Source: Nemertoderma westbladi
Lineage: Eukaryota; Animalia; Xenacoelomorpha
Assembly (NCBI GenBank): GCA_032718475.1
Contig: JAUCBJ010009046.1
Span: 1-64,000, forward strand
Direction of reading: 5' to 3'
DNA: 64,000 bases
Shown here: positions 28,274-41,100 of the stretch, piece after piece
Position numbering within the stretch: the first letter of the stretch is position 1
Layout of the letters: each line of letters begins with the position of its first letter
Notes under the pieces: model-generated
Databases searched by the model: none
Seen by the model: only the letters and a program-made list of their open reading frames with translations
Told to the model about the DNA's origin: nothing
Translations under genes and position numbers: made by a program

Positions 28274-28557
28274 AAGCTGCTGTGTTGATACATTGGCTTC
28301 TGGGGTGGCACAGTAAGCTGCTGTGTTGATACATTGGCTTCTGGGGTGGCACAGTAAGCTGCTGTGTTGATACATTGGCTTCTGGGGTGGCACAGTAAGC
28401 TGCTGTGTTGATACATTCGCTTCTGGGGTGGCACAGTAAGCTGCTGTGTTGATACATTGGCTTCTGGGGTGGCACAGTAAGCTGCTGTGTTGATACATTG
28501 GCTTCTGGGGTGGCACAGTAAGCTGCTGTGTTGATACATTGGCTTCTGGGTGGCACA
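28274..28557. repeat. 41-bp minisatellite (~7 copies)
   Basis: Unit aagctgctgtgttgatacattggcttctggggtggcacagt, about 110 bp into the intron from the M2-exon donor. Confidence 0.96.
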
Positions 28558-28665
28558 ATTCTTACAAACCTGTGTTTTTTGGGATCTTCTATTAATACAA
28601 ATTATAATTATTTATGAAATATTTACCAATAAATATAGCGAAGCCATTGCAATATGCTCACTTAC

Positions 28666-28888
28666 CTATATAGGGTATGCTGTCTGAAGTAGGAGGCATA
28701 TTTTCCGCGACTAGCAATAGGAATACAGTGAGTGAGAGAAGTATGGTTATCTGTAGGCCTATTTTCTCTCCACTGGCACAAGGTAAATAGAACCCAATAA
28801 GAGCCACAAATGTAATGAGGATGCAGGGTAGGAGAATGTTGATGATGTAATACAGAGGTAGTCGTATCAACACCATTTTGTAGGTCAC
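28666..28888 (-). CDS. nAChR alpha-type subunit, M1-M2 exon
   Basis: ttttccttaag | [74 protein letters not shown](G) | gtaagt. 223 nt. SGEK motif before M2 and PPTS M2-M3 loop; preceded by a 132-bp intron. Confidence 0.96.
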
Positions 28889-29020
28889 CTTAAGGAAAAT
28901 GTAATAAATCATAAAACAGATTTTAACATCTGTTGAGAATATTTAATTGATTTTGTCAAACGTGTCCTTCACTTTTAATATTGAAAAATTTGCCCTGAAC
29001 TGTAAATAACTCAAACTTAC

Positions 29021-29161
29021 CGTGGTATAAGGAGTATTTGGACAGCAAGGGTAAAAAAGGTTTTCTTCTATTCCTTTAAATTGAGCTAAATCCCATTCTC
29101 CATTTGTCTGGAAACTTCCCTTTTGGTCTTCCAGTGTTCTGTGCCTAACACTTAAGTTCAC
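29021..29161 (-). CDS. nAChR alpha-type subunit, loop C exon (vicinal cysteines)
   Basis: aatatag | VNLSVRHRTLEDQKGSFQTNGEWDLAQFKGIEENLFYPCCPNTPYTT | gtaagt. 141 nt, phase 0/0. NGEW and YxCC...PY define an alpha subunit. Confidence 0.95.
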
Positions 29162-29627
29162 CTATATTAGCAACGAAAAACACAATTAGGCAAGTTATCA
29201 AAGGCTAAGTAGGTTTTAATGTCTGCTGATAAGTTTCCGGTTTCAATGAATCCAGGTCAAGCACAAGGGAATATTATCACTATAAGAATCCACCACATCC
29301 TTTCTTATGTGTCAAGTGGTTCCAGACATAGGCATGCAATTAGGACAGTGATATTCGCACCCAGCTAATTGGGTAATTGGGATAGGTACATGTGCGCATA
29401 TGGTATTAATACACAGCGGTCATTCATAGTCATTCATATTTTCTAATTGCCAGATCGGTGACACAGGAAATCGATATCCTGTGAGGGTTGGCTGCTCATG
29501 CAACAACATTTAATCCTTTGACTTGTGATCTGAGTTGGTAAAGCTCGAAATTCTGCGTGATCCATACTGTAGCAAGCAAACAGTTGGCCGAGGCCAGAGG
29601 CGAGCCAAAGACTCTTTCGATAGCTGA

Positions 29628-30636
29628 TACCCGAAGGTAGGTAGGGGTGGGTGTTACTCCTATCTGCTACCCGATGGTAGGGGCGGGCGCTACTCCTATC
29701 TGCTAGCCGAAGGTATGGTTGGGCGCTACTCCTATCTGCTAACCGAAGGTAGGGGCGGGCGCTACTCCTATCTGCTAGCCGAAGGTATGGTTGGGCGCTA
29801 CTCCTATCTGCTAACCGAAGGTAGGGGCGGGCGCTACTCCTATCTGCTAACCGAAGGTAGGGGCGGGCGCTACTCCTATCTGCTACCCGAGGGTAGGGGT
29901 GGGCGCTACTCCTATCTGCTACCCTAAGGTAGGGGCGGGCGCTACTCCTATCTGCTAACCGAAGGTAGGAGTGTGCGCTACTCCTATCTGCAACCCGAAG
30001 GTAGGGGTGGGCGCTACTCCTATCTGCTACCCGAAGGTAGGGGTGGGCGCTACTCCTATCTGCTACCCGAAGGTAGGGGTGTGCGCTACTCCTATCTGCT
30101 ACCCGCAGGTAGAGGTGGGCGCTACTCCTATCTGCTACACGAAGGTAGGGGTGGGCGCTACTCCTATCTGCTAACCGAAGGTAGGGGCGGGCGCTACCCC
30201 TATCTGCTAACCGAAGGTAGGGGCGGGCGCTACTCCTATCCGCTACCCCAAGGTAGGGGTGGGCACTACTCCTATCTGTTACCCGAAGCTAGGGGTGGGC
30301 GCTACTCCTATCTGCTAGCCGAAGGTAGGGGTGGGCACTACTCCTACCTGTTACCACAAGGTAGGGGTGGGCGCTACTCCTATCTGCTACACGAATGTAG
30401 GGGTGGGCGCTACTCTTATCTGCTACCTGAAGGTGCGGGTGGGCGCTACTCCTATCTGCTACCCGATGGTAGGGGTGGGCGCTACTCCTATCTGCTACCC
30501 GAAGGTAGGGGTGGGCGCTACTCCTATCTGCTACCCGAAGGTAGGGGTGGGCACTACTCCTATCTGCTACCCGAAGGTAGGGGTGGGCGCTACTCCTATC
30601 TAGTACCCGAGGGTAGGGGTGGGCGCTACTCCTATC
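29628..30636. repeat. 36-bp GC-rich minisatellite (~28 copies)
   Basis: Unit ccgaaggtaggggtgggcgctactcctatctgctac; more diverged than the neighbouring arrays. Confidence 0.96.
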
Positions 30637-31094
30637 CCTTGTTTTGCTCCCAGTAATTTAACTGGTACTCATATGAATCCATTCATATGCATACTGTGAA
30701 CTATGTATTGTACAAGCACTTATCATATTGGAAAAAATATATTTATATATTTTTTTTATGAAAACTTTTATTTTTAATTGGTATATAATAACTGTAACAT
30801 TGCATACTTTGTACCATCACGGCAACATATTATTAATTAAATAGCCGTATGTATAGTATATTAGTAAGATTATTAATAATAATGCAGGACGTATAACCAC
30901 AACTCAATGCCGCCCTGAAGACATAGCGGATGAATGTTGCCAGTCACTTCTGCCAGATCTTATCAGTCTGTACAGGAAGCCGTTCTAACGTAGCCGCCTA
31001 TCTGGTGGTAGGAATGGTTGTAGTTACACATTAACATTCCGGACATGTTTTCTAAAAGACACTACTGGTCTGGATAGTGCAGCAGTCGGACCGG

Positions 31095-32150
31095 TGGTTA
31101 TGCCTACTAGTGGTGTTGGCGATGTATTGGTTATGCCTACTAGTGGTGTTGGCGATGTATTGGTTATGCCTACTAGTGGTGTTGGCGATGTATTGGTTAT
31201 GCCTACTAGTGGTGTTGGCGATGTATTGGTTATGCCTACTAGTGGTGTTGGCGGTGTATTGGTTTTGCCTACTAGTGGTGTTAGCGATGTATTGGTTATG
31301 CCTACTAGTGGTGTTGGCGATGTATTGGTTATGCCTACTAGTGGTGTTGGCGGTGTATTGGTTAGGCCTACTAGTGGTGTTGGCGATGTATTGGTTATGC
31401 CTACTAGTGGTGTTGGCGATGTATTGGTTATGCCTACTAGTGGTGTTGGCGGTGTATTGGTTATGCCTACTAGTGGTGTTGGCGATGTATTGGTTATGCC
31501 TACTAGTGGTGTTGGCGGTGTATTGGTTATGCCTACTAGTGGTGTTGGCGATGTATTGGTTATGCCTACTAGTGGTGTTGGCGATGTATTGGTTATGCCT
31601 ACTAGTGGTGTTGGCGATGTATTGGTTATGCCTACTAGTGGTGTTGGCGATGTATTGGTTATGCCTACTAGTGGTGTTGGCGATATATTGGTTGTGCCTG
31701 CTAGTGGTGTTGGCGATGTATTGGTTATGCCTACTAGTGGTGTTGGCGATGTATTGGTTATGCCTACTAGTGGTGTTGGCGATGTATTGGTTATGCCTAC
31801 TAGTGGTGTTGGCGATGTATTGGTTATGCCTACTAGTGGTGTTGGCGATGTATTGGTTATGTCTACTAGTGGTGTTGGCGATGTATTGGTTATGCCTACT
31901 AGTGGTGTTGGCGATGTATTGGTTATGCCTACTAGTGGTGTTGGCGATGTATTGGTTATGCCTACTAGTGGTGTTGGCGATGTATTGGTTATGCCTACTA
32001 GTGGTGTTGGCGATATATTGGTTATGCCTACTAGTGGTGTTGGCGATGTATTGGTTATGCCTACTAGTGGTGTTAGCGATGTATTGGTTATGCCTACTAG
32101 TGGTGTTGGCGATGTATTGGTTATGCCTACTAGTGGTGTTGGCGATGTAT
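31095..32150. repeat. 33-bp minisatellite (~32 copies)
   Basis: Unit tggttatgcctactagtggtgttggcgatgtat; very homogeneous. Confidence 0.97.
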
Positions 32151-32409
32151 ATATTTTATGTACAATTTAAGTTCGCAGTCATTTATTGTAAGAAATTATA
32201 AATTTTATATGGTTTGTACAATTTTACGTTATCATCTTCCCGAAAACTTTATAATTCCTTTAGTAACCGTGTGGTGCTGGCAGCTAACACCATAAATTAG
32301 TTATGCAATACTTCGTTGTTTTTTGTTGCTGATAATATTACCTAGTGATCTGGTAGTTATTAATATCAGATTGATTGAAATAAATGTGTTCACCTTTCTG
32401 TGGTGACTT

Positions 32410-32589
32410 TCGGGTTAAATGGTATATCTTATATTCGCGATTAAAATGGTATATCTTATATTCGCGTTTAAAATGGTATATCTTATATTCGCGTTTAAAA
32501 TGGTATATCTTATATTCGCGATTAAAATGGTATATCCTATATTCGCGTTTAAAATGGTATATCTTATATTCGCGAGTAAAATGGTATAT
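32410..32589. repeat. 27-bp minisatellite (~6.5 copies)
   Basis: Unit taaaatggtatatcttatattcgcgtt. Confidence 0.93.
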
Positions 32590-33379
32590 TCAATGTTGTT
32601 AATTATATGTTATTATGCGAATAATGAAATTATATTAATTACAGTTATTCAGGTGTCCCATTGTTACTTTCAGACATCTGACACAGTTATAATTAAACAT
32701 TTTATTATTTATATTTTATTATAAGGTATGTTATTAATTACAAACTGTATAAAGGGTGTCATTCACTCATTCTAAGTAGTTATAATAAAAATTTATTGAT
32801 TTATTTTATTAAACGACTTGTTCTGCCTAATAACGCTTTCTTATTAAACCTACTGACGCAGGACTTCAGGTTAGGCATTGATCCTTGTTGAACCCTGGCG
32901 TGGCTATAGAACTTCTATCTACATATTAATAAAAAAATCGCTACATGTCACACCTGTTAAACACACCGCTTGAATAGGTTCTTAATTAACTGTTCCAATT
33001 GAATGCCCGGCAATGTAATCTCGCACCGTAACCACTTCATATGCTATAACCTTTGTGATACGGAAAGACGCCCTGAACAGGGATATTATTATTAAGAAAT
33101 GAATCACAGAAAATTCCCAGAAGTAAATTAATTGGTGATTCAAAAAGAATGACGGATCTCTTCAGATGGGAAGAAATAATAAAATAATTAAATAAACTAT
33201 CAGGCAATTAATTGTTTTATAGTTTATATGTTCTGTCTGAATGATTAGCTGTCCAAGCTATCATGATTTCATTTTATACTATTTAAGAACATTTTTTTAT
33301 ATTATAATTAAAAATGCATCAAAAAAAATGTTATAAAGGCAAAACATCTCGGGGATGGGCAATTATCCAGGGACACATC

Positions 33380-34343
33380 ACTCACCTTTGATGCATCAAA
33401 GACCCACGGACCCATAGTGATACACTCACCTTTGATGCATCATAGACACACGGACCCATAGTGTTACACTCACCTTTGATGCATCATAGACCCACGGGAC
33501 CCATAGTGATACACTCACCTTTGATGCATCATAGACCCACGGACCCATAGTGTTACACTCACCTTTAATGCATCATAGACCCACGGACCCATAGTGTTAC
33601 ACTCACCTTTGATGCATCATAGACCCCATGGACCCATAGTGATACACTTACCTTTGATGCATCATAGACCCACGGACCCATAGAGATACACTCACCTTTG
33701 ATGCATCATAGACCCACGGGACCCATAGTGATACACTCACCTTTGATGCATCAAAGACCCACGGACCCATAGTGATACCACCTTTGATGCATCATAGACT
33801 CCATGGACCCATAGTGATACACTCACCTTTGATGCATCATAGACCCACGGACCCATAGAGATACACTCACCTTTGATGCATCATAGACCCACGGGACCCA
33901 TAGTGATACACTCACCTTTGATGCATCAAAGACCCACGGACCCATAGTGATACCACCTTTGATGCATCATAGACCCCATGGACCCATAGTGATACACTCA
34001 CCTTTGATGCATCATAGACCCACTGACCCATAGTGATACACTCACCTTTGATGCATCATAGACCCACGGTCCCATAGAGATACACTCACCTTTGATGCAT
34101 CATAGACCCACGGGACCCATAGTGATACACTCACCTTTGATGCATCAAAGACCCACGGACCCATAGTGATACCACGTTTGATGCATCATAGACTCCATGG
34201 ACCCATAGTGATACCACCTTTGATGCATCATAGACTCCATGGACCCATAGTGATACACTCACCTTTGATGCATCATAGACCCACTGACCCATAGTGATAC
34301 ACTCACCTTTGATGCATCATAGACCCACGGACCCATAGTGATG
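33380..34343. repeat. 44-bp tandem array made of the Cys-loop exon 3' end plus its splice donor
   Basis: Sense unit atcactatgggtccgtgggtctatgatgcatcaaag|gtgagtgt. 22 junction copies counted, including the genuine one at 34307/34306. Confidence 0.97.
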
Positions 34344-34490
34344 TTACAGTGTTGGTAATCAAACGGATAGTATTGGACGTTGATTTTACAGTAAGTCTCA
34401 AAGAATTCTGGTTTCAGCCACCCAAGATTGCCACTGTGGCTTCCAGTAATATCGGTAAGCCAAATCCCTGGGATTTCCTTATCTGCGGCA
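34307..34490 (-). CDS. nAChR alpha-type subunit, Cys-loop / loop B exon
   Basis: ttctcttcag | (S)AADKEIPGIWLTDITGSHSGNLGWLKPEFFETYCKINVQYYPFDYQHCNITMGPWVYDASK | gtgagt. Cys-x13-Cys loop with YPFD, loop B GPWVYD. 184 nt; phase matches the previous exon (ag+t = Ser). Confidence 0.95.
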
Positions 34491-34938
34491 CTGAAGAGAA
34501 AATAAATTAAAAATGATGCAAATTAAATGTAAATAAGATATCCGACACCGAAAGTTCCGGTTCGCGCGGTTTCGGCAAGAATGAATCCGGTTAATTAAGT
34601 AGAGGATTTCTGTATTCAACACGATGAGTAGCATGTGGTTCAGAAAATGGTAATGGGGATAATCCACAAAACGATGGAAGTCCTACTAACTCAAACTCAA
34701 TGTGGATCATTTAGTTTACATTATAATGGAGATAGGCGTGTGGGTGTGGGTATGTTCCTGCCATGAATATACTTACATCTCTAGTCTAGATAGAAATGAA
34801 AGATATAGATGCTAAAATCACAAGAATTGTGTTGATTCTCTAACGAGTGAATGTTGAATCATGTCATTGCATTTTGATTAAAATGCATTCAGATAATAAT
34901 AATACTACTGAATCAAATGTATTTACTAATATTACTAC

Positions 34939-35090
34939 CTGTTGTAGACCATTACATCGGGTCGCCAACAGTCGTTTGGGTCGAACGCTGTATGCGAGAT
35001 ATTAAACTCAGAGAGTTTCCAAGACAACAGTTCATCTGTCCAATATAGCCGATTCCAGACCATAAATTTAACCATTTGGTTTTTTTCATC
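34939..35090 (-). CDS. nAChR alpha-type subunit, first exon visible in window (DEKNQ...loop D...loop A)
   Basis: Manual reverse-complement translation: ttttcag-type acceptor (attatttcag) | DEKNQMVKFMVWNRLYWTDELLSWKLSEFNISHTAFDPNDCWRPDVMVYN(S) | gtagta donor. 152 nt, phase 0 to phase 2. DEKNQ, WxD and WxPDxxxYNS are hallmark nAChR motifs. Not in the ORF track. Confidence 0.93.
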
Positions 35091-35180
35091 CTGAAATAAT
35101 TAGTCCCGCGATGTTATAGAAACAATGTGATTCAGTTAAACTACTTAATAGAGTTAATAATAAGGGCGATGATAAGTTAA

Positions 35181-38100
35181 GTAAGTCGTCCAATAACTTA
35201 CAACATCTGGTACCATCCGTATGTCATACAATCACTTACAACATCTAGTACCATCCGTATGTCATACAATCACTTACAACATCTAGTACCATCCGTAAGT
35301 CATACAATCACTTACAACATCTAGTACCATCCGTAAGTCATACAATCACTTACAACATCTAGTACCATCCGTAAGTCATATACAATCACTTACAACATCT
35401 AGTACCATCCGTAAGTCATACAATCACTTACAACATCTAGTACCATCCGTAAGTCATATACAATCACTTACAACATCTAGTACCATCCGTAAGTCATACA
35501 ATCACTTACAACATCTAGTACCATCCGTAAGTCATATACAATCACTTACAACATCTAGTACCATCCGTAAGTCATATACAATCACTTACAACATCTAGTA
35601 CCATCCGTAAGTCTATACAATCACTTACAACATCTAGTACCATCCGTAAGTCATATACAATCACTTACAACATCTAGTACCATCCGTAAGTCTATACAAT
35701 CACTTACAACATCTAGTACCATCCGTAAGTCATATACAATCACTTACAACATCTAGTACCATCCGTAAGTCTATACAATCACTTACAACATCTAGTACCA
35801 TCCGTAAGTCATATACAATCACTTACAACATCTAGTACCATCCGTATGTCATACAATCACTTACAACATCTAGTACCATCCGTAAGTCATATACAATCAC
35901 TTACAACATCTAGTACCATCCGTATGTCATACAATCACTTACAACATCTAGTACCATCCGTAAGTCATATACAATCACTTACAACATCTAGTACCATCCG
36001 TATGTCATACAATCACTTACAACATCTAGTACCATCCGTAAGTCATATACAATCACTTACAACATCTAGTACCATCCGTATGTCATACAATCACTTACAA
36101 CATCTAGTACCATCCGTAAGTCATACACAATCACTTACAACATCTAGTACCATCCGTATGTCATACAATCACTTACAACATCTAGTACCATCCGTATGTC
36201 ATACAATCACTTACAACATCTAGTACCATCCGTAAGTCATATACAATCACTTACAACATCTAGTACCATCCGTAAGTCACACAATCACTTACAACATCTA
36301 GTACCATCCGTAAGTCATACAATCACTTACAACATCTAGTACCATCCGTATGTCATACAATCACTTACAACATCTAGTACCATCCGTAAGTCATACACAA
36401 TCACTTACAACATCTAGTACCATCCGTATGTCATACAATCACTTACAACATCTAGTACCATCCGTATGTCATACAATCACTTACAACATCTAGTACCATC
36501 CGTAAGTCATATACAATCACTTACAACATCTAGTACCATCCGTAAGTCACACAATCACTTACAACATCTAGTACCATCCGTAAGTCATACAATCACTTAC
36601 AACATCTAGTACCATCCGTAAGTCATACAATCACTTACAACATCTAGTACCATCCGTAAGTCATATACAATCACTTACAACATCTAGTACCATCCGTAAG
36701 TCATATACAATCACTTACAACATCTAGTACCATCCGTAAGTCATATACAATCACTTACAACATCTAGTACCATCCGTAAGTCATATACAATCACTTACAA
36801 CATCTAGTACCATCCGTAAGTCATACAATCACTTACAACATCTAGTACCATCCGTAAGTCATATACAATCACTTACAACATCTAGTACCATCCGTAAGTC
36901 ATACAATCACTTACAACATCTAGTACCATCCGTAAGTCATACAATCACTTACAACATCTAGTACCATCCGTAAGTCATATACAATCACTTACAACATCTA
37001 GTACCATCCGTAAGTCATATACAATCACTTACAACATCTAGTACCATCCGTAAGTCATATACAATCACTTACAACATCTAGTACCATCCGTAAGTCATAT
37101 ACAATCACTTACAACATCTAGTACCATCCGTAAGTCATACAATCACTTACAACATCTAGTACCATCCGTAAGTCATACAATCACTTACAACATCTAGTAC
37201 CATCCGTAAGTCATACAATCACTTACAACATCTAGTACCATCCGTAAGTCATATACAATCACTTACAACATCTAGTACCATCCGTAAGTCATACAATCAC
37301 TTACAACATCTAGTACCATCCGTAAGTCATACAATCACTTACAACATCTAGTACCATCCGTAAGTCATACAATCACTTACAACATCTAGTACCATCCGTA
37401 AGTCATACAATCACTTACAACATCTAGTACCATCCGTAAGTCATACAATCACTTACAACATCTAGTACCATCCGTAAGTCATACAATCACTTACAACATC
37501 TAGTACCATCCGTAAGTCATACAATCACTTACAACATCTAGTACCATCCGTAAGTCATACAATCACTTACAACATCTAGTACCATCCGTAAGTCATACAA
37601 TCACTTACAACATCTAGTACCATCCGTAAGTCATACAATCACTTACAACATCTAGTACCATCCGTAAGTCATACAATCACTTACAACATCTAGTACCATC
37701 CGTAAGTCATACAATCACTTACAACATCTAGTACCATCCGTAAGTCATACAATCACTTACAACATCTAGTACCATCCGTAAGTCATACAATCACTTACAA
37801 CATCTAGTACCATCCGTATGTCATACAATCACTTACAACATCTAGTACCATCCGTAAGTCATATACAATCACTTACAACATCTAGTACCATCCGTAAGTC
37901 ATATACAATCACTTACAACATCTAGTACCATCCGTAAGTCATATACAATCACTTACAACATCTAGTACCATCCGTAAGTCATATACAATCACTTACAACA
38001 TCTAGTACCATCCGTAAGTCATATACAATCACTTACAACATCTAGTACCATCCGTAAGTCATATACAATCACTTACAACATCTAGTACCATCCGTAAGTC

Positions 38101-41100
38101 ATATACAATCACTTACAACATCTAGTACCATCCGTATGTCATACAATCACTTACAACATCTAGTACCATCCGTATGTCATACAATCACTTACAACATCTA
38201 GTACCATCCGTATGTCATACAATCACTTACAACATCTAGTACCATCCGTATGTCATATACAATCACTTACAACATCTAGTACCATCCGTAAGTCGTCATA
38301 CAATCACTTACAACATCTAGTACCATCCGTAAGTCATATACAATCACTTACAACATCTAGTACCATCCGTATGTCATACAATCACTTACAACATCTAGTA
38401 CCATCCGTAAGTCATATACAATCACTTACAACATCTAGTACCATCCGTAAGTCATATACAATCACTTACAACATCTAGTACCATCCGTAAGTCATATACA
38501 ATCACTTACAACATCTAGTACCATCCGTAAGTCATACAATCACTTACAACATCTAGTACCATCCGTATGTCATACAATCACTTACAACATCTAGTACCAT
38601 CCGTATGTCATATACAATCACTTACAACATCTAGTACCATCCGTAAGTCATATACAATCACTTACAACATCTAGTACCATCCGTATGTCATACAATCACT
38701 TACAACATCTAGTACCATCCGTATGTCATATACAATCACTTACAACATCTAGTACCATCCGTATGTCATACAATCACTTACAACATCTAGTACCATCCGT
38801 ATGTCATATACAATCACTTACAACATCTAGTACCATCCGTAAGTCATATACAATCACTTACAACATCTAGTACCATCCGTAAGTCATATACAATCACTTA
38901 CAACATCTAGTACCATCCGTAAGTCATACAATCACTTACAACATCTAGTACCATCCGTAAGTCATACAATCACTTACAACATCTAGTACCATCCGTATGT
39001 CATACAATCACTTACAACATCTAGTACCATCCGTAAGTCATATACAATCACTTACAACATCTAGTACCATCCGTATGTCATATACAATCACTTACAACAT
39101 CTAGTACCATCCGTATGTCATACAATCACTTACAACATCTAGTACCATCCGTAAGTCATACAATCACTTACAACATCTAGTACCATCCGTAAGTCATATA
39201 CAATCACTTACAACATCTAGTACCATCCGTAAGTCATATACAATCACTTACAACATCTAGTACCATCCGTAAGTCATACAATCACTTACAACATCTAGTA
39301 CCATCCGTAAGTCATATACAATCACTTACAACATCTAGTACCATCCGTAAGTCATACAATCACTTACAACATCTAGTACCATCCGTAAGTCATACAATCA
39401 CTTACAACATCTAGTACCATCCGTAAGTCATACAATCACTTACAACATCTAGTACCATCCGTAAGTCATATACAATCACTTACAACATCTAGTACCATCC
39501 GTAAGTCATACAATCACTTACAACATCTAGTACCATCCGTATGTCATACAATCACTTACAACATCTAGTACCATCCGTAAGTCATACAATCACTTACAAC
39601 ATCTAGTACCATCCGTAAGTCATATACAATCACTTACAACATCTAGTACCATCCGTAAGTCATATACAATCACTTACAACATCTAGTACCATCCGTAAGT
39701 CATATACAATCACTTACAACATCTAGTACCATCCGTAAGTCATACAATCACTTACAACATCTAGTACCATCCGTAAGTCATATACAATCACTTACAACAT
39801 CTAGTACCATCCGTAAGTCATACAATCACTTACAACATCTAGTACCATCCGTATGTCATACAATCACTTACAACATCTAGTACCATCCGTAAGTCATACA
39901 ATCACTTACAACATCTAGTACCATCCGTAAGTCATATACAATCACTTACAACATCTAGTACCATCCGTAAGTCATATACAATCACTTACAACATCTAGTA
40001 CCATCCGTAAGTCATATACAATCACTTACAACATCTAGTACCATCCGTAAGTCATACAATCACTTACAACATCTAGTACCATCCGTAAGTCATATACAAT
40101 CACTTACAACATCTAGTACCATCCGTAAGTCATACAATCACTTACAACATCTAGTACCATCCGTATGTCATACAATCACTTACAACATCTAGTACCATCC
40201 GTAAGTCATACAATCACTTACAACATCTAGTACCATCCGTAAGTCATATACAATCACTTACAACATCTAGTACCATCCGTAAGTCATACAATCACTTACA
40301 ACATCTAGTACCATCCGTATGTCATACAATCACTTACAACATCTAGTACCATCCGTATGTCATACAATCACTTACAACATCTAGTACCATCCGTAAGTCA
40401 TACAATCACTTACAACATCTAGTACCATCCGTAAGTCATATACAATCACTTACAACATCTAGTACCATCCGTAAGTCATATACAATCACTTACAACATCT
40501 AGTACCATCCGTAAGTCATATACAATCACTTACAACATCTAGTACCATCCGTAAGTCATACAATCACTTACAACATCTAGTACCATCCGTAAGTCATATA
40601 CAATCACTTACAACATCTAGTACCATCCGTAAGTCATACAATCACTTACAACATCTAGTACCATCCGTATGTCATACAATCACTTACAACATCTAGTACC
40701 ATCCGTAAGTCATACAATCACTTACAACATCTAGTACCATCCGTATGTCATACAATCACTTACAACATCTAGTACCATCCGTATGTCATATACAATCACT
40801 TACAACATCTAGTACCATCCGTAAGTCATACAATCACTTACAACATCTAGTACCATCCGTAAGTCATACAATCACTTACAACATCTAGTACCATCCGTAT
40901 GTCATACAATCACTTACAACATCTAGTACCATCCGTATGTCATATACAATCACTTACAACATCTAGTACCATCCGTATGTCATACAATCACTTACAACAT
41001 CTAGTACCATCCGTATGTCATACAATCACTTACAACATCTAGTACCATCCGTAAGTCATATACAATCACTTACAACATCTAGTACCATCCGTATGTCATA

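Noticed and set aside
28220-28558. Three overlapping minus-strand ORFs
   Set aside because: The 41-bp unit has no stop codon in any minus frame; no coding signal.
29715-32724. ORFs (GRYSYLLPEGRG)n, (MYWLCLLVVLA)n, (VMPTSGVGDVL)n and (KWYILYSRL)n
   Set aside because: Translations of 36-, 33- and 27-bp minisatellites inside an intron, open in several frames at once.
33380-34306. Repeat copies as alternative exons diversifying loop B
   Set aside because: The copies lack their own polypyrimidine acceptors, and extension into them causes a frameshift or stop.
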